Source: Acidobacteriota bacterium
GTDB lineage: Bacteria; Acidobacteriota; Vicinamibacteria; Vicinamibacterales; UBA2999
Reading direction: 5' to 3'
Assembly (NCBI GenBank): GCA_046732795.1
Contig: JBKPNV010000013.1
Coordinates: 644 to 64,643, forward strand
Length of the DNA: 64,000 nt
A program made the translations under genes and the position numbers. The notes beneath the pieces were generated by a model. It had not been told where the DNA came from, did not search any database, and saw only the letters and a program-made list of their open reading frames with translations. The stretch's first letter is position 1, and every line of letters starts with the position of its first letter. Below are positions 1 to 10,033 of the stretch, in pieces.

Positions 1-1131
1 CTCTCGATGGAGCCGGGTCCCGATCGCGATCGCATGGTGGCGTGGCTGCTCTCACAGGGCGCGGATCCGAACGCGAAGAACGACCGTGGCGACACGGCGT
101 ATCTGCTGGCGGCGCGTGTGCGGATTCCGTCTACGTTGGAGCTGCTGAAAAAGGCGGGCGCGCAGGAGACGACAGAAGTGTGGCCGACACCCGCCGGCGG
201 CGTGGCCTCGGTAGAGGCGGCGGTGAGAAAGATCCTCCCGCTGCTCGAGACCAGCGGCGAGCCGGTCTTCAAGAGCCGATCGTGCGTGTCATGTCACAAC
301 AACTCCCTCGAGGCGATGACCGTCGCATTGGCGCGGAAGAAGGGATTTCCCGTCAACGAAGAACAGGCTAAGAAGGAGTTGGGATTCGCGGTGGCGACCG
401 ACATGCCATTTCTCGAGCCGATGCGAACAGGCTCGACGATCGGCGGAGGCTCGGACACGCTCGGCTTCACCCTGATGGGGATGGCCGCGGCCGGCCACCC
501 GGCCGATGCGCTGACCGACGCGCATATTCACTACTTGTCGATCTATCAATTCCCGGATGGCGCATGGCGGACGACATCCTACCGGCCACCCGAGGAATAC
601 GGTCCGTTCACCACGACGGCCGTGGCGTTGCGCGCGATCAGGCTGTACCCCATTCCGGGCCGGCGCGCGGAATTCGAGGAGCGTTTCAGCCGCGCCAAGC
701 GCTGGCTCCTGGCCGCCAAGGCCTACTCCAGCGAAGAGCGCGCGATGCAGTTGAATGGCCTGGCGGATGCCGGAGCGAGTCCCTCCGAACGCGCACCGTT
801 CGTGAGCGCGTTGAAGGCCACCCAGGCCGAGGACGGCAGTTGGAGCGTGCTCCCTGGCATCCCGGGTGAGGCCTACGCCACGGGAGAAATTCTGTACGCC
901 CTCCACGTCTCTGGAAATATGCCGACGACCGATCCCGCGTACCAGAAGGGCGTCCGCTGGCTGTTGCGCAACCAGCTTGGCGATGGATCGTGGTTCATGC
1001 CCGCGCGCGCCGTTCCCGTACAGCCGCATACATTCGAGAGCGGATTCCCGCATGGCTGGCATCAGTTCGCCTCGGCTGGCGCGTCGAGCTGGGCGACCAT
1101 GGCGTTGCTGTTCACGCTGCCGGATCGCTAG
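1..1131 (+). CDS. Ankyrin-repeat / CxxCH heme-motif / prenyltransferase-terpenoid-cyclase-like repeat protein (5' end probably outside window)
   Basis: Frame is open from base 1 (track ORF 7..1131). 'LLSQGADPNAKNDRGDTAYLLAA' matches the ankyrin consensus. 'CVSCH' is a c-type heme motif. 'QAEDGSWS' and 'RNQLGDGSWF' resemble alpha-alpha toroid (squalene-cyclase/prenyltransferase) repeats. Confidence 0.6.
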   Translation, partial: LSMEPGPDRDRMVAWLLSQGADPNAKNDRGDTAYLLAARVRIPSTLELLKKAGAQETTEVWPTPAGGVASVEAAVRKILPLLETSGEPVFKSRSCVSCHNNSLEAMTVALARKKGFPVNEEQAKKELGFAVATDMPFLEPMRTGSTIGGGSDTLGFTLMGMAAAGHPADALTDAHIHYLSIYQFPDGAWRTTSYRPPEEYGPFTTTAVALRAIRLYPIPGRRAEFEERFSRAKRWLLAAKAYSSEERAMQLNGLADAGASPSERAPFVSALKATQAEDGSWSVLPGIPGEAYATGEILYALHVSGNMPTTDPAYQKGVRWLLRNQLGDGSWFMPARAVPVQPHTFESGFPHGWHQFASAGASSWATMALLFTLPDR

Positions 1132-1147
1132 GGGTGGAGCGCTCGGG

Positions 1148-1582
1148 ATGACGCAGGGTGCCCTGGCATCAGGTCCGTGGTTGCGCGCCCTGGCGGCAAT
1201 CGTATTCGCGACCGTCGTGCTCGTGGAGGCTCGTGTGGGGATGGCTCGAGGCCAGGAGCAATCGGCTCGGTTGCATGTCTCGGAGACGCTGCGAGTGAGC
1301 GGCGCCAATGCCACGCTCACATTCGTGAGCGTGGAACGCGACTCGCGTTGCCCGAAGGGGACACGCTGTATCCGTGCGGGTGAGGCTGTCGTGGTGTTGA
1401 GCGTGCGTGAAGGAAACGGCGACGCCACGACACTCACATTTGACGTTCCGCCCGGCGGCGGCGCCTCACAGTCTTTTCACGGCTACCGCATTCAGATCGT
1501 CGCACTCGACCCGCAGACCGAGACTGACGTGGGCATTGCGCCTTCCGACTACGTTGCGACGGTCGCCGTTCGCCAGCCCTGA
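1148..1582 (+). CDS. Small secreted hypothetical protein
   Basis: Internal ATG at 1148 in track ORF 866..1582 gives MTQGALASGPWLRALAAIVFATVVLVEA..., a signal/TM-like N-terminus. It starts 17 bp after the upstream stop. No recognised family. Confidence 0.5.
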   Translation: MTQGALASGPWLRALAAIVFATVVLVEARVGMARGQEQSARLHVSETLRVSGANATLTFVSVERDSRCPKGTRCIRAGEAVVVLSVREGNGDATTLTFDVPPGGGASQSFHGYRIQIVALDPQTETDVGIAPSDYVATVAVRQP

Positions 1583-1643
1583 TCTGGATTCACCTGCCAA
1601 GCTGGCGGCGAGTCAAAGACTCGCCGCTCCACCGCCCGATCGT

Positions 1644-3407
1644 TCAATTCTGGTGATAGAAGGGTCCCTCGATATCGGTGTGTCCGTCCGCATCAGTCGA
1701 CTGGACGCGGTACTCGTAGGTGACGCCGCGAGAGCCATTGAACGGCATGCTGTGGCTCGTCACCAGTGTCGAATTCGAGTAGTTGCCGCAGCACGTGAAG
1801 ATGACGACGCTGTTCGCCGCCACGTTCGTCGTCCAGTTGATCTGAAACTTGGTCCCCGTGAGTTTCACGCTCGAAACATTGCTGATGACGAGGGTTCCGG
1901 AATTGACACCGCCGCCCGCGCACACTGTCTCGTTAACTCCCACCTCGTTCCACGCCGCCGCCACATTAGGCTCATACGGGCCAGCGACTGCCATGGTCGA
2001 CGAACGTGCGGCGCAGAAGTCGGCCGTTGCCGTTAGCCCTGTAAATCCAAAAAAGGCGATATCCTCCGCGGCGTCGAGCCCGATTCCCTGGACGGCCGTG
2101 CCGCTGGCACGTTGCGGGTTTGCATTCTGTCCGCCATTGACCAGCAAATAGAACCAGTGATTGGCGATGCCACTGTTCGTGTGCACGCCCCCGTTGTCGC
2201 TGGTGCCGGTGTAGCGATCCGCGTAGTGGGACGGATCGCCATTCGCGTTCGGGTTGGCCATGCTGCGGATGCCGTTGCCGCTACGCGTGATGTCCTCGCC
2301 GATCGTCCAATTTCCGGAGCCGTCGAAGAACTCGATCGCCGTCCCCATGATGTCCGAGAACGCCTCGTTCAGCGCGCCGGACTCGTTCTGATAGACCAGA
2401 TTGCTCGTGGCTTCGGTGACGCCGTGGCTCAACTCATGGCCGACCACGTCGACGTCACCCGAGAACTCGATGAAGGACTTTCCGTCGCCATCGCCGTAGG
2501 CCATTTGTGTGCCATTCCAGTAGGCGTTGTTGTATCGCCGGCCGACGTGCGCCGACGAGACCATGCCCTGCGGGTATTCCTTGAACCAGTTGAACCACTG
2601 GTGCCGCGTATCATTCCAATAATAGTTATCGGTCACCCTTGCATAGAACTGAGCATCGACCAGTGCATGCTGACCCGGCGACGTAGTGCCCGCCGTCTCC
2701 CAGACGTCGTCGGCGTCGGTTGCCATTAGCCCGGGAAACTTGTTTTGGTTTTGCGCGTCGTAGGTCTTCTGTCGTCCGTCTGACGACACCAACTGGTAGG
2801 TGGATCCGCTTTTCACCGTGAGACCGGACAGATTTTTCGTATCGCCCAGTACGCCCACGCCGATCCCGGTGGTCAGGCCGTCGTACTCGTTGAGGACCGT
2901 TCCGGTATCGGCATCGATCCAGTAGAACCAGCGGGCATCGACGTCGCGTGACTCGACCCGGTAGAAGTAGCTCGACGTAGCGGGATTGATCATGAGATCG
3001 ACCTTCCACGCCGCTCCCGTGTCGTTTCGGCGTGCTGCCGCAACCCCGCGGGCTGCTCCAGCAGTCAATCGGACAGTGTTGGCTGGCTTCAGATCGACGT
3101 AGTAGGCGCCGATGACAGCGTCGCGAACACCGGCATCATCACGATAGAGGGTGAGCTGGCCTCCGAGCACCTCGGCGTCACCGACGTACTGGCGATAGCG
3201 TTCGACCGCGATTTGTCCACCCGGCCCGACTCGTCCCTGCGCGATCAGGCGCACGTCCGGGGGCACGCGGAAGGCGGCGGCTGCCGCCCGATTCAGCGCG
3301 CGAAAGCCCGAGGCCCCTTGGGTGCCGGGTTGTGAGCGCTGCGCTCCAATTACGGCAGGACCAAGTGCCAACGTCAGTGTCAGGACCGCAGTCGTTCTCC
3401 AAGTCAT
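1644..3407 (-). CDS. Secreted M4 (thermolysin-like) zinc metalloprotease with extra C-terminal beta-rich domain
   Basis: 'VVGHELSHGVTE' (HExxH) followed by 'GALNEAFSDIMG' is the thermolysin-family zinc site. Trimmed to ATG 3407 (MTWRTTAVLTLTLALGPAVIGAQ, signal peptide). The track ORF extends to 3635. Confidence 0.85.
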   Translation of the reverse strand: MTWRTTAVLTLTLALGPAVIGAQRSQPGTQGASGFRALNRAAAAAFRVPPDVRLIAQGRVGPGGQIAVERYRQYVGDAEVLGGQLTLYRDDAGVRDAVIGAYYVDLKPANTVRLTAGAARGVAAARRNDTGAAWKVDLMINPATSSYFYRVESRDVDARWFYWIDADTGTVLNEYDGLTTGIGVGVLGDTKNLSGLTVKSGSTYQLVSSDGRQKTYDAQNQNKFPGLMATDADDVWETAGTTSPGQHALVDAQFYARVTDNYYWNDTRHQWFNWFKEYPQGMVSSAHVGRRYNNAYWNGTQMAYGDGDGKSFIEFSGDVDVVGHELSHGVTEATSNLVYQNESGALNEAFSDIMGTAIEFFDGSGNWTIGEDITRSGNGIRSMANPNANGDPSHYADRYTGTSDNGGVHTNSGIANHWFYLLVNGGQNANPQRASGTAVQGIGLDAAEDIAFFGFTGLTATADFCAARSSTMAVAGPYEPNVAAAWNEVGVNETVCAGGGVNSGTLVISNVSSVKLTGTKFQINWTTNVAANSVVIFTCCGNYSNSTLVTSHSMPFNGSRGVTYEYRVQSTDADGHTDIEGPFYHQN

Positions 3408-3689
3408 CGGCGATCTATCTCCATCAAGCCCGATCCGCGCGAGGGCGACACTCGATCTTAGCTGGATGAAATCGCGTGGACCCGGGCGGCTTGGGCGCAG
3501 TGGTGCGCACCCGAGGGCAGTTCGGGCAAATGCCGCGACATGGCGCCCCAAAATTTTTGGCGTGGAAGTGTGAAGGCGGCGTGCCGACGCGATGCCCACT
3601 CGTGGCGCCGGCGCTCGCCGACCAGGCCCGTACATTCGATATCATGTCGGGCTGATGTCCAGGCGCGGTCCGGTCTGGCGGGGAATGAC

Positions 3690-6335
3690 ATGAACGTCGG
3701 CGCGCGCGTCGGGCCGTACGAGATCGTTGCCGAAATCGGCGCGGGCGGCATGGGCGTCGTCTATCGCGCTCGCGATACCCGGCTCGGACGCGACGTGGCG
3801 ATCAAGGTGTCGTCCGAGCGTTTCACCGAGCGTTTCGAACGTGAAGCCCGTGCAGTTGCCGCGCTCAATCATCCCAACATCTGCACGCTGCACGATGTCG
3901 GTCCCGACTATCTCGTCATGGAGCTGGTCGAGGGCGAGACGCTGGCTGAGATGCTCGCCCATCGTCCGCGCTCCTCTCCTGGCCTTCCGTTCGAGGACGC
4001 GCTGCGTCTGTCACGCCAGATCGCGTCCGCCCTCGAGGCCGCGCACGACAAGGGCGTCATCCATCGCGACCTCAAGCCGGGCAACGTGAAGGTCACGTCC
4101 GACGGCACGGTCAAGGTGCTCGATTTCGGACTGGCGAAGTTCGACGACGGCCACGCCGACCCGGCCAGCAGCGATGCGCACCAGTTGACCAACTCACCAA
4201 CATTGGGGGGGACGGGTGTCGGTCTGATTCTCGGGACGGCGGCGTACATGGCCCCCGAACAGGCGCGTGGTAAGCCTGTGGACAAGCGCGTCGACATCTG
4301 GGCCTTCGGCGTCGTGCTCTACGAGATGCTCACCGGCCGGAGACCCTTCGTCGGCGAGGATGTGTCGACGGTTCTCGCGGCGGTGATTCAGGCGACCCCG
4401 CGATGGGACGGTGTCCCGCCCTCGATGCAGCGGCTGCTGAAGAAATGTCTGGAGAAGGATCCGAAGCGGCGGCTGCGCGACATCGGCGATGTCTGGCACG
4501 TGCTCGACGAGGAACCGGCCGCGGCACAGGGTCCGGCATCCGGATATCTCGCCTGGCTGGCTGCGGGAGCTCTCGCCCTCGTTGCCGCGGTCGCACTGTG
4601 GGCGCCCTGGCGCAACTCGACACTGCCTGCGGACCGTCCGCTGATGCGGTTCGATGTCGACCTTGGCGCGGATGTTGCGCTCCCAGCAATGGATCGACCA
4701 ACACCCAGTTCTCTCGCGATTTCGCCGGACGGGACGCGACTGGTCTACGTCGCCAGTGTCGCAGGAGCGCCGCCCAGACTATTTACCCGAAGACTCGATC
4801 AATCGACTGCTTCGGAGCTTGTCGGTACTGTCGGAGCGGCGAACCCGTTCTTCTCTCCAGACGGGCACTGGGTGGGATTCCACGATGGCACCCGCCTGTT
4901 CAAGATCTCCGTGGAGGGCGGTGCCGCCACGCCCCTCATGGAGGCAGTCATCTTTGCCGGAGCGACGTGGACCAACGGCGGCGATTTGATCGTCGGCTCG
5001 GGGCTCAACCAGGGATTGCTGCGACTGGCGGCCGGCGCCAACGCACCGATGTCCCTCATCGATCTGGCGCCCGGCGAGCTGTTCTATACGATGCCGCAGC
5101 TCCTGCCTGGAGGACGCGATCTGCTGGTCACCGTCTACACCACTCCTCCCGGCCTCGAGCGGGCCGTCATCGACGTCGTGAGCTTGCGCGATGGACGCCG
5201 AAAGACGATTGCTCGCGGCGGCACCGGCGCACGCTACCTGCCGAGCGGTCATCTGATTTACACAAACGCCAGCACGATGTTTGCGGTCCCCTTCGACCTC
5301 GATGCTCGCGAAACGCGCGGCACCGCGGTGCCGGTGCTCAATGACATCGCTTACGACCCCTCTGCGAACCTTCCGCAGTACGACATCTCTGCCGATGGCA
5401 CACTGGTCTATCGCGTCACCGCCAATCGCGGACCGAATACGGCCCGCATTACATGGCTCGATGCGACAGGCAAACGGGAGGCGCTGCCGGGGCAACCCGC
5501 CGAGTACCCGTCCTTGCCACGATTGTCTCCGGACGGCAAGCGTCTCGCTGCCACGGTGAGGGAAGGGACAAGTCAGGATATCTGGATCTACGACACCGAA
5601 CGGGATCAACGAACGCGACTGACCTTCGGCACCGAAACGTTCGCTGCTCCGGTCTGGAGCCGCGATGGCAAGTACGTGGTGTTCGGTTCAATCGGCAATG
5701 GGCTGTTCTGGGCGCGCGCCGATGGCGGCGGCCAGCCGCAGTCACTGGTCAAGAGAGCGGCCATCGTGTTTCCGTTCTCGTTTTCACCTGACGGGGGGCG
5801 GCTTGCGTTCTATGAAGTCTCGCCCACACCGCAGATCTGGACGGTGGACGTTGACGGGAGCGATGGGCTCAAGGCGCGCGAACCCGAGCCCTTTATACGC
5901 AGCCAGTTTGCTGAAACAGCGCCGAAGTTCTCACCGGACGGTCGCTGGCTGGCCTACGAGTCCAACGAAACCGGGCGGAGCGAAATTTACGTTCGTGCCG
6001 TCCAGGCCGCGGCTCAAGGCGGCAAGTGGCCGATTTCCAACAGCGGCGGTTCAGTCCCGGTCTGGTCACCGAACGGCCACGAACTCTTGTACCAATCGGG
6101 CGACCAGATCATGTCGGTCGACTACAAGGCGACGAACGGGGTGTTCGAGGCAGGCAAGCCGCGTGTATGGCTCTCGTCCATCGGCGGAGCCCAGGGGTTC
6201 GATGTCGCGCCCGACGGCAAGCGCCTGATCGCATTCGTCCCGACGCTTGGGAGCGCGCCGAAGACGGAGCACACCGTCGTATTCGTCCAGAACTTCTTCG
6301 ACGAGCTTCGCCGCCGCGTTCCGACAACGCCCTAG
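3690..6335 (+). CDS. Ser/Thr protein kinase with one TM segment and C-terminal TolB-like beta-propeller repeats
   Basis: 'GAGGMGVVYRARD' glycine loop, 'VAIK', 'HRDLKPGNV', 'DFGLAK', 'APE'. A hydrophobic segment (YLAWLAAGALALVAAVALWAPW) follows, then repeated 'SPDG' WD40-like (TolB/DPP-IV N-terminal type) blades. Start trimmed to ATG 3690. Confidence 0.85.
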   Translation: MNVGARVGPYEIVAEIGAGGMGVVYRARDTRLGRDVAIKVSSERFTERFEREARAVAALNHPNICTLHDVGPDYLVMELVEGETLAEMLAHRPRSSPGLPFEDALRLSRQIASALEAAHDKGVIHRDLKPGNVKVTSDGTVKVLDFGLAKFDDGHADPASSDAHQLTNSPTLGGTGVGLILGTAAYMAPEQARGKPVDKRVDIWAFGVVLYEMLTGRRPFVGEDVSTVLAAVIQATPRWDGVPPSMQRLLKKCLEKDPKRRLRDIGDVWHVLDEEPAAAQGPASGYLAWLAAGALALVAAVALWAPWRNSTLPADRPLMRFDVDLGADVALPAMDRPTPSSLAISPDGTRLVYVASVAGAPPRLFTRRLDQSTASELVGTVGAANPFFSPDGHWVGFHDGTRLFKISVEGGAATPLMEAVIFAGATWTNGGDLIVGSGLNQGLLRLAAGANAPMSLIDLAPGELFYTMPQLLPGGRDLLVTVYTTPPGLERAVIDVVSLRDGRRKTIARGGTGARYLPSGHLIYTNASTMFAVPFDLDARETRGTAVPVLNDIAYDPSANLPQYDISADGTLVYRVTANRGPNTARITWLDATGKREALPGQPAEYPSLPRLSPDGKRLAATVREGTSQDIWIYDTERDQRTRLTFGTETFAAPVWSRDGKYVVFGSIGNGLFWARADGGGQPQSLVKRAAIVFPFSFSPDGGRLAFYEVSPTPQIWTVDVDGSDGLKAREPEPFIRSQFAETAPKFSPDGRWLAYESNETGRSEIYVRAVQAAAQGGKWPISNSGGSVPVWSPNGHELLYQSGDQIMSVDYKATNGVFEAGKPRVWLSSIGGAQGFDVAPDGKRLIAFVPTLGSAPKTEHTVVFVQNFFDELRRRVPTTP

Positions 6336-6431
6336 CCAGGGCGAACAGCCTCGCCCGCTTGATGGTCGGTGTCACCCCCGCGAAGCCCGGTTTCTTCAAC
6401 GATCTCCGCAGATACTTCTCAGCAACAGGGC

Positions 6432-7073
6432 TCATTGGCGCCTGACGGCGTCGTGAGCGCCGACCTTCGGCAGCATGTAAAGTGCCGCCAGGCCGACGAC
6501 GATCGCCAGGCTGAGTGCGACATGGACGAAGGCCATTAGCGTCGCCGTCAAATAGAGCAGCGATCCAGGCACGTAAGCTCGTGTGATGGCTCGAACGGCC
6601 TCATCAGACACGTGGCTCGCAATCAGCCGGCGGTTGCGGGCCGCGTGCCACCACATCAGGAAATAGAACAGCGCCGTCACCGTGAAGCAGCCGCAGTAGA
6701 AGGCGACCGCCACCGCCCGCTCATGCGCGTCGGGATCGGCAAGATGGTCCGCCATCACCGCGGTCGGAAATGGCAGGAACGCGACGCACATCAACAGCAG
6801 CAGCGTGAGCGTGATGAATCCGTGATCGATACGGTTGACCAGCTTCATCAGGTTGTGGTGATTGGCCCACATGATGCCGATGACGATGAAGCTGATGGCG
6901 TAGCCGACGTAGGACGGCCACAGCTGCAACAGGGCGGGTCCTACGCCGCCGATGCGGAGAACCTCCTGGTGCGGAGGCAGCCGGATTTCGATCACCAGCA
7001 GCGTGATCGCGATCGCGAAGACGGCGTCAGCGAACGCTTCGATGCGGAAGGTGTCGGATGGAGTCGCGGACAT
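6432..7073 (-). CDS. TMEM175/DUF1211-family membrane protein (putative K+ channel)
   Basis: N-terminal 'RIEAFADAVFAIAITLLVIEI' matches the TMEM175 RxxxFSD helix-1 signature. Six predicted TM helices arranged as two repeats. Confidence 0.75.
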   Translation of the reverse strand: MSATPSDTFRIEAFADAVFAIAITLLVIEIRLPPHQEVLRIGGVGPALLQLWPSYVGYAISFIVIGIMWANHHNLMKLVNRIDHGFITLTLLLLMCVAFLPFPTAVMADHLADPDAHERAVAVAFYCGCFTVTALFYFLMWWHAARNRRLIASHVSDEAVRAITRAYVPGSLLYLTATLMAFVHVALSLAIVVGLAALYMLPKVGAHDAVRRQ

Positions 7074-7124
7074 GCCATGACGTTAGTCTGGCTGGGGACC
7101 GCTGACAACTGCCAAACGGGTAGG

Positions 7125-8045
7125 CTACTTCACCTTGATGACCACCACGCTCGCATCATCGGTTGGCTCGGCAAACGCGACGAGATCCATCATGATCGCA
7201 TCGTAGATCTGGCGAGCGCTCAGGTGTTTGACGTCGCGGAGTGTCTGCTCCAGCCGGCCCGGGAAGTAGCGGCCGTTCGGCGCCTCGTGTTCCGTCAGTC
7301 CGTCGGTGTGCAACAGCAGAATGTCTCCGCGTCCCATGAGCGTCCACTCGTTCATCTCGTAGCGCTCCTTGAAACCGAGCAGGCTTGGCGTCGTGCTGCG
7401 ATCGATCACGTTGAACGACGGCAGCATGCCGAGCGGCGGGAACGAGAGACAGAGATGCGGGCTGACCTCCATGAACCGATCGTGGTGACTCGAAAAGATT
7501 GACGGATACGGTTGTCCCGCCGACAGGAAGCGGAACTTCGCATCGTCCGAGATCTCGCCGTAGATCAGCGACACGAACTTGTTCGTCCCCGACGATTGAT
7601 AGAAGCGCGTGTTGAGGTTCTCGAACAGCCGCCGCGTGATCTGCCCGTAGCGATCGAGCTCGTAGATGGCGCCAAGCAGAAACGCCTGATGCAGCATGGC
7701 CGCGAGCAGGGCATCGGTCATGCGATGTCCGGCGACATCGATGAGCGCCACGCCGCCTTTGTGCTGGCAGCGTTCGAGGTTTTCGACGACGTCGTGACGG
7801 CGCTCGGCGCGGGCGCGGTCGATACGCGCCTTCAGATCGAAGCGTGTTTTGAAATCGACGTACGTGATGTGATCGCCGCCGACGGTGCCGGACACCTGAA
7901 GCGAGCCGCCCCAGATGTCGAATCCGTCGAGCGTTGGCACCTCGCCTGGAAGCGGGACCAACTGCTGCGCAATGTCCTGGAAATTCTCCAGCTCGCGCGT
8001 GAGCCGCTGCAGTTCGTCTGCAGCTTCTGATTCATCGATGAACAT
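7125..8045 (-). CDS. PP2C-type (SpoIIE-like) serine phosphatase
   Basis: 'GGDHITYVDF', 'VALIDVAGHRMTDALLAAML' and 'GDILLLHTDGLTEH' are typical SpoIIE/PP2C metal-binding segments. Confidence 0.75.
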   Translation of the reverse strand: MFIDESEAADELQRLTRELENFQDIAQQLVPLPGEVPTLDGFDIWGGSLQVSGTVGGDHITYVDFKTRFDLKARIDRARAERRHDVVENLERCQHKGGVALIDVAGHRMTDALLAAMLHQAFLLGAIYELDRYGQITRRLFENLNTRFYQSSGTNKFVSLIYGEISDDAKFRFLSAGQPYPSIFSSHHDRFMEVSPHLCLSFPPLGMLPSFNVIDRSTTPSLLGFKERYEMNEWTLMGRGDILLLHTDGLTEHEAPNGRYFPGRLEQTLRDVKHLSARQIYDAIMMDLVAFAEPTDDASVVVIKVK

Positions 8046-8163
8046 GTTTCCCCGGTAGATATGTCCATGATAGCTGGTCGGGATGGACAGACGTGGTCAC
8101 TGGCTGGCCGCTCTCGATCGGTCTATACTCGGCACTCATTCGTTACGTGAAAGTGTCCTTTTT

Positions 8164-8186
8164 GTAGTGTCCGGCTTGAGCCGGAC
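8164..8186 (+). repeat. REP-like hairpin, family A (GTAGTGTCCGGC-TTGA-GCCGGAC)
   Basis: 7-bp stem GTCCGGC/GCCGGAC with a 4-nt loop, preceded by GTAGT. Intergenic. Same unit as the copies at 22209, 27684, 30445, 30478 and 56687. Confidence 0.7.
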
Positions 8187-8204
8187 CCTCACACAGGAGC
8201 TGCA

Positions 8205-9257
8205 ATGTCACAGCGATCGATTACCTTCGCTGGAGCCCTGACCGCGGCCCTTGTTTTTACCGCAGTCATTCAGGCTCCGTTACGCGCTCAGTCCGGTTCT
8301 TCTCCGTACGCGGGACCACGCACGCCCTGGGGAGATCCGGATCTGCAGGGCAACTACACGAATTTGTGGGAAGCCGGAACACCGTTCGAACGTCCCGAGG
8401 AATTCGCCGGACGCAAGCTCGAAGACATCAAGGGCGAGGAGCTCGCGAAGATCCGTCGGGCCATCCAGGAGCGCACGCGCACCGAGCAGCTCGCCGGCGA
8501 CATCGGCGGCACGCGCTGGATCTGGCTCGATAGCCACCATCACGAGAAGGGCAGCATGGCGTGGTTGGTTGTCGATCCGCCTGACGGAAAAATCCCGCCG
8601 ATGACGCCAGAAGGGCGCGCGCGTCAAGCCGCACGTGCCGAGGCGCGCAAGCGAAGCGGACGCGGCCCCGCCGACTCGTATACCGATCGCAGCCTCTACG
8701 ATCGTTGCATCTCGCGTGGAGTGCCCGGCTCGATGATGCCCGCCATCTACGGCAACTCGTACGACATCGTTCAGTCGCCCGGCTTCGTCGTCATTCGCTA
8801 CGAAATGGTGCACGAAGCGCGAGTGATCCCGCTCGATGGGAGCCCGCATCTGCCGGCCGGCATGCGGAGCTACATGGGGGACGCGCGCGGCCACTGGGAC
8901 GGCGACACGCTGGTGGTCGAGACGACGAATATCCGGGACGAGATCGGCTATCGCGGATCCAACGCGGCCACGCTGAAGATCGTCGAGCGCTTTACCCGCG
9001 TGGCGCCAGACAAGGTCCGGTGGGCCGTGACCATCGATGACCCGTCCACATGGACGAGGCCATGGACATTTGCGATGCCGTTGACGCAGGACAACAACGA
9101 GCAGCTGGTCCCGTACGAGTGCCACGAAGGCAATTACGCGATGTCGAACATCCTCAGCGCGGCGCGTGCAGAAGAACGGGCCGCTGCCGAGGATGCCAAG
9201 AAAGGGATCGTCCGGCCGCGTCCCGACGTTGCGGCCGAAACCGAGCAAGAGCGATAA
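8205..9257 (+). CDS. Secreted hypothetical protein
   Basis: AGGAG lies 5 nt upstream of ATG 8205. Signal peptide MSQRSITFAGALTAALVFTAVIQAPLRAQ. Codon usage is coherent. No family recognised. Confidence 0.6.
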   Translation: MSQRSITFAGALTAALVFTAVIQAPLRAQSGSSPYAGPRTPWGDPDLQGNYTNLWEAGTPFERPEEFAGRKLEDIKGEELAKIRRAIQERTRTEQLAGDIGGTRWIWLDSHHHEKGSMAWLVVDPPDGKIPPMTPEGRARQAARAEARKRSGRGPADSYTDRSLYDRCISRGVPGSMMPAIYGNSYDIVQSPGFVVIRYEMVHEARVIPLDGSPHLPAGMRSYMGDARGHWDGDTLVVETTNIRDEIGYRGSNAATLKIVERFTRVAPDKVRWAVTIDDPSTWTRPWTFAMPLTQDNNEQLVPYECHEGNYAMSNILSAARAEERAAAEDAKKGIVRPRPDVAAETEQER

Positions 9258-9262
9258 GCGCG

Positions 9263-9973
9263 TTACCTGGTGGACGCTGTTCTCGGCACGGAGCCGGCGT
9301 AGACGTCAATCTGCGCCACATCGGACCAGCCGCCGGCGCCGTGACCGCTGCCGGGCATCAGGTCGACGAAGCCAATCTCGTCGACCTTGCTCAAATCCGG
9401 ATGCTCGACGATATTGCCAGTAGTGACGATCCGCTCGATGTCGAGCTTGAGCCAGCGAACGTCGGCAACGTTGAATTCGGTGACGAGCCAGTCCCTCGTG
9501 CTGCCGTCGGTTCGATCACCAACCAGCCAGGTGCCGTCGGCCAGCTTGACGATCGGACGAATCTGATGGAACCCCGACGTTTTCGTGTTCCAGCGAATGC
9601 GCGCGAGACCGGTGAGGTCGGCGTAGTTGGTCTTGTGCCGGAAAGCAAGCGCACATGGCGTGGAGCACAGGCCGGTCCAGACGTGAGTCGGGTTGTTCTC
9701 GTTGTTGGCGGTGCCAGTCAGTTGAATCTCCTTGGCCGCGCTGCCGTAGAGTTTGATTTCGAGTGACGCGTTCCCGACGGATTGCTGCGTGACAGGATGC
9801 TCGTCGTTGGCCGGAGTCTGCCTCCAGTCTTCACTGAAGAAGACCGGCGGCCGTGTCACGCGTGGGGCGGCGCCTCGACCAGCCTGCGGCGCTGGTGCTG
9901 GAGGCTGTTGGGCGTACACGCCGCAGGTGAGGGCGGCGGCGACCGCCAGGCTGGCATAGAGTCGTCGTGACAT
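9263..9973 (-). CDS. Secreted hypothetical protein
   Basis: Trimmed to ATG 9973 (MSRRLYASLAVAAALTCGVYAQQ, signal peptide). No family recognised. Confidence 0.55.
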   Translation of the reverse strand: MSRRLYASLAVAAALTCGVYAQQPPAPAPQAGRGAAPRVTRPPVFFSEDWRQTPANDEHPVTQQSVGNASLEIKLYGSAAKEIQLTGTANNENNPTHVWTGLCSTPCALAFRHKTNYADLTGLARIRWNTKTSGFHQIRPIVKLADGTWLVGDRTDGSTRDWLVTEFNVADVRWLKLDIERIVTTGNIVEHPDLSKVDEIGFVDLMPGSGHGAGGWSDVAQIDVYAGSVPRTASTR

Positions 9974-10033
9974 TCGAATCCTCCAAGCCAGTAAGCATAT
10001 GACATCTCGGATCCACGCAGACAGGAGACGCTC

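Noticed and set aside
289-1437. 382-aa minus-strand ORF overlapping the first two plus-strand genes
   Set aside because: It has Arg/Ala/Pro-rich composition, no recognisable motifs and is fully antisense to a motif-bearing CDS. This is a typical GC-rich shadow ORF. The same reasoning applies to 11019..12140, 18995..20275, 20982..22154, 22599..23570, 23637..24551, 24991..25791, 27371..28198, 39047..39946, 41627..42808, 44990..46057, 59507..60544 and 59663..60984.
3408-3635. N-terminal extensions of many track ORFs (here the M4 protease; also 3540..3689, 9974..10042, 19431..19559, 22212..22244, 31556..31621, 32913..33014, 45239..45343, 48008..48058, 51463..51705, 55378..55527)
   Set aside because: The extensions are basic and low-complexity, overlap neighbouring genes or repeats, and are followed by an internal Met/Val that begins a clean signal peptide, a conserved family N-terminus or a 4-bp coupled start.
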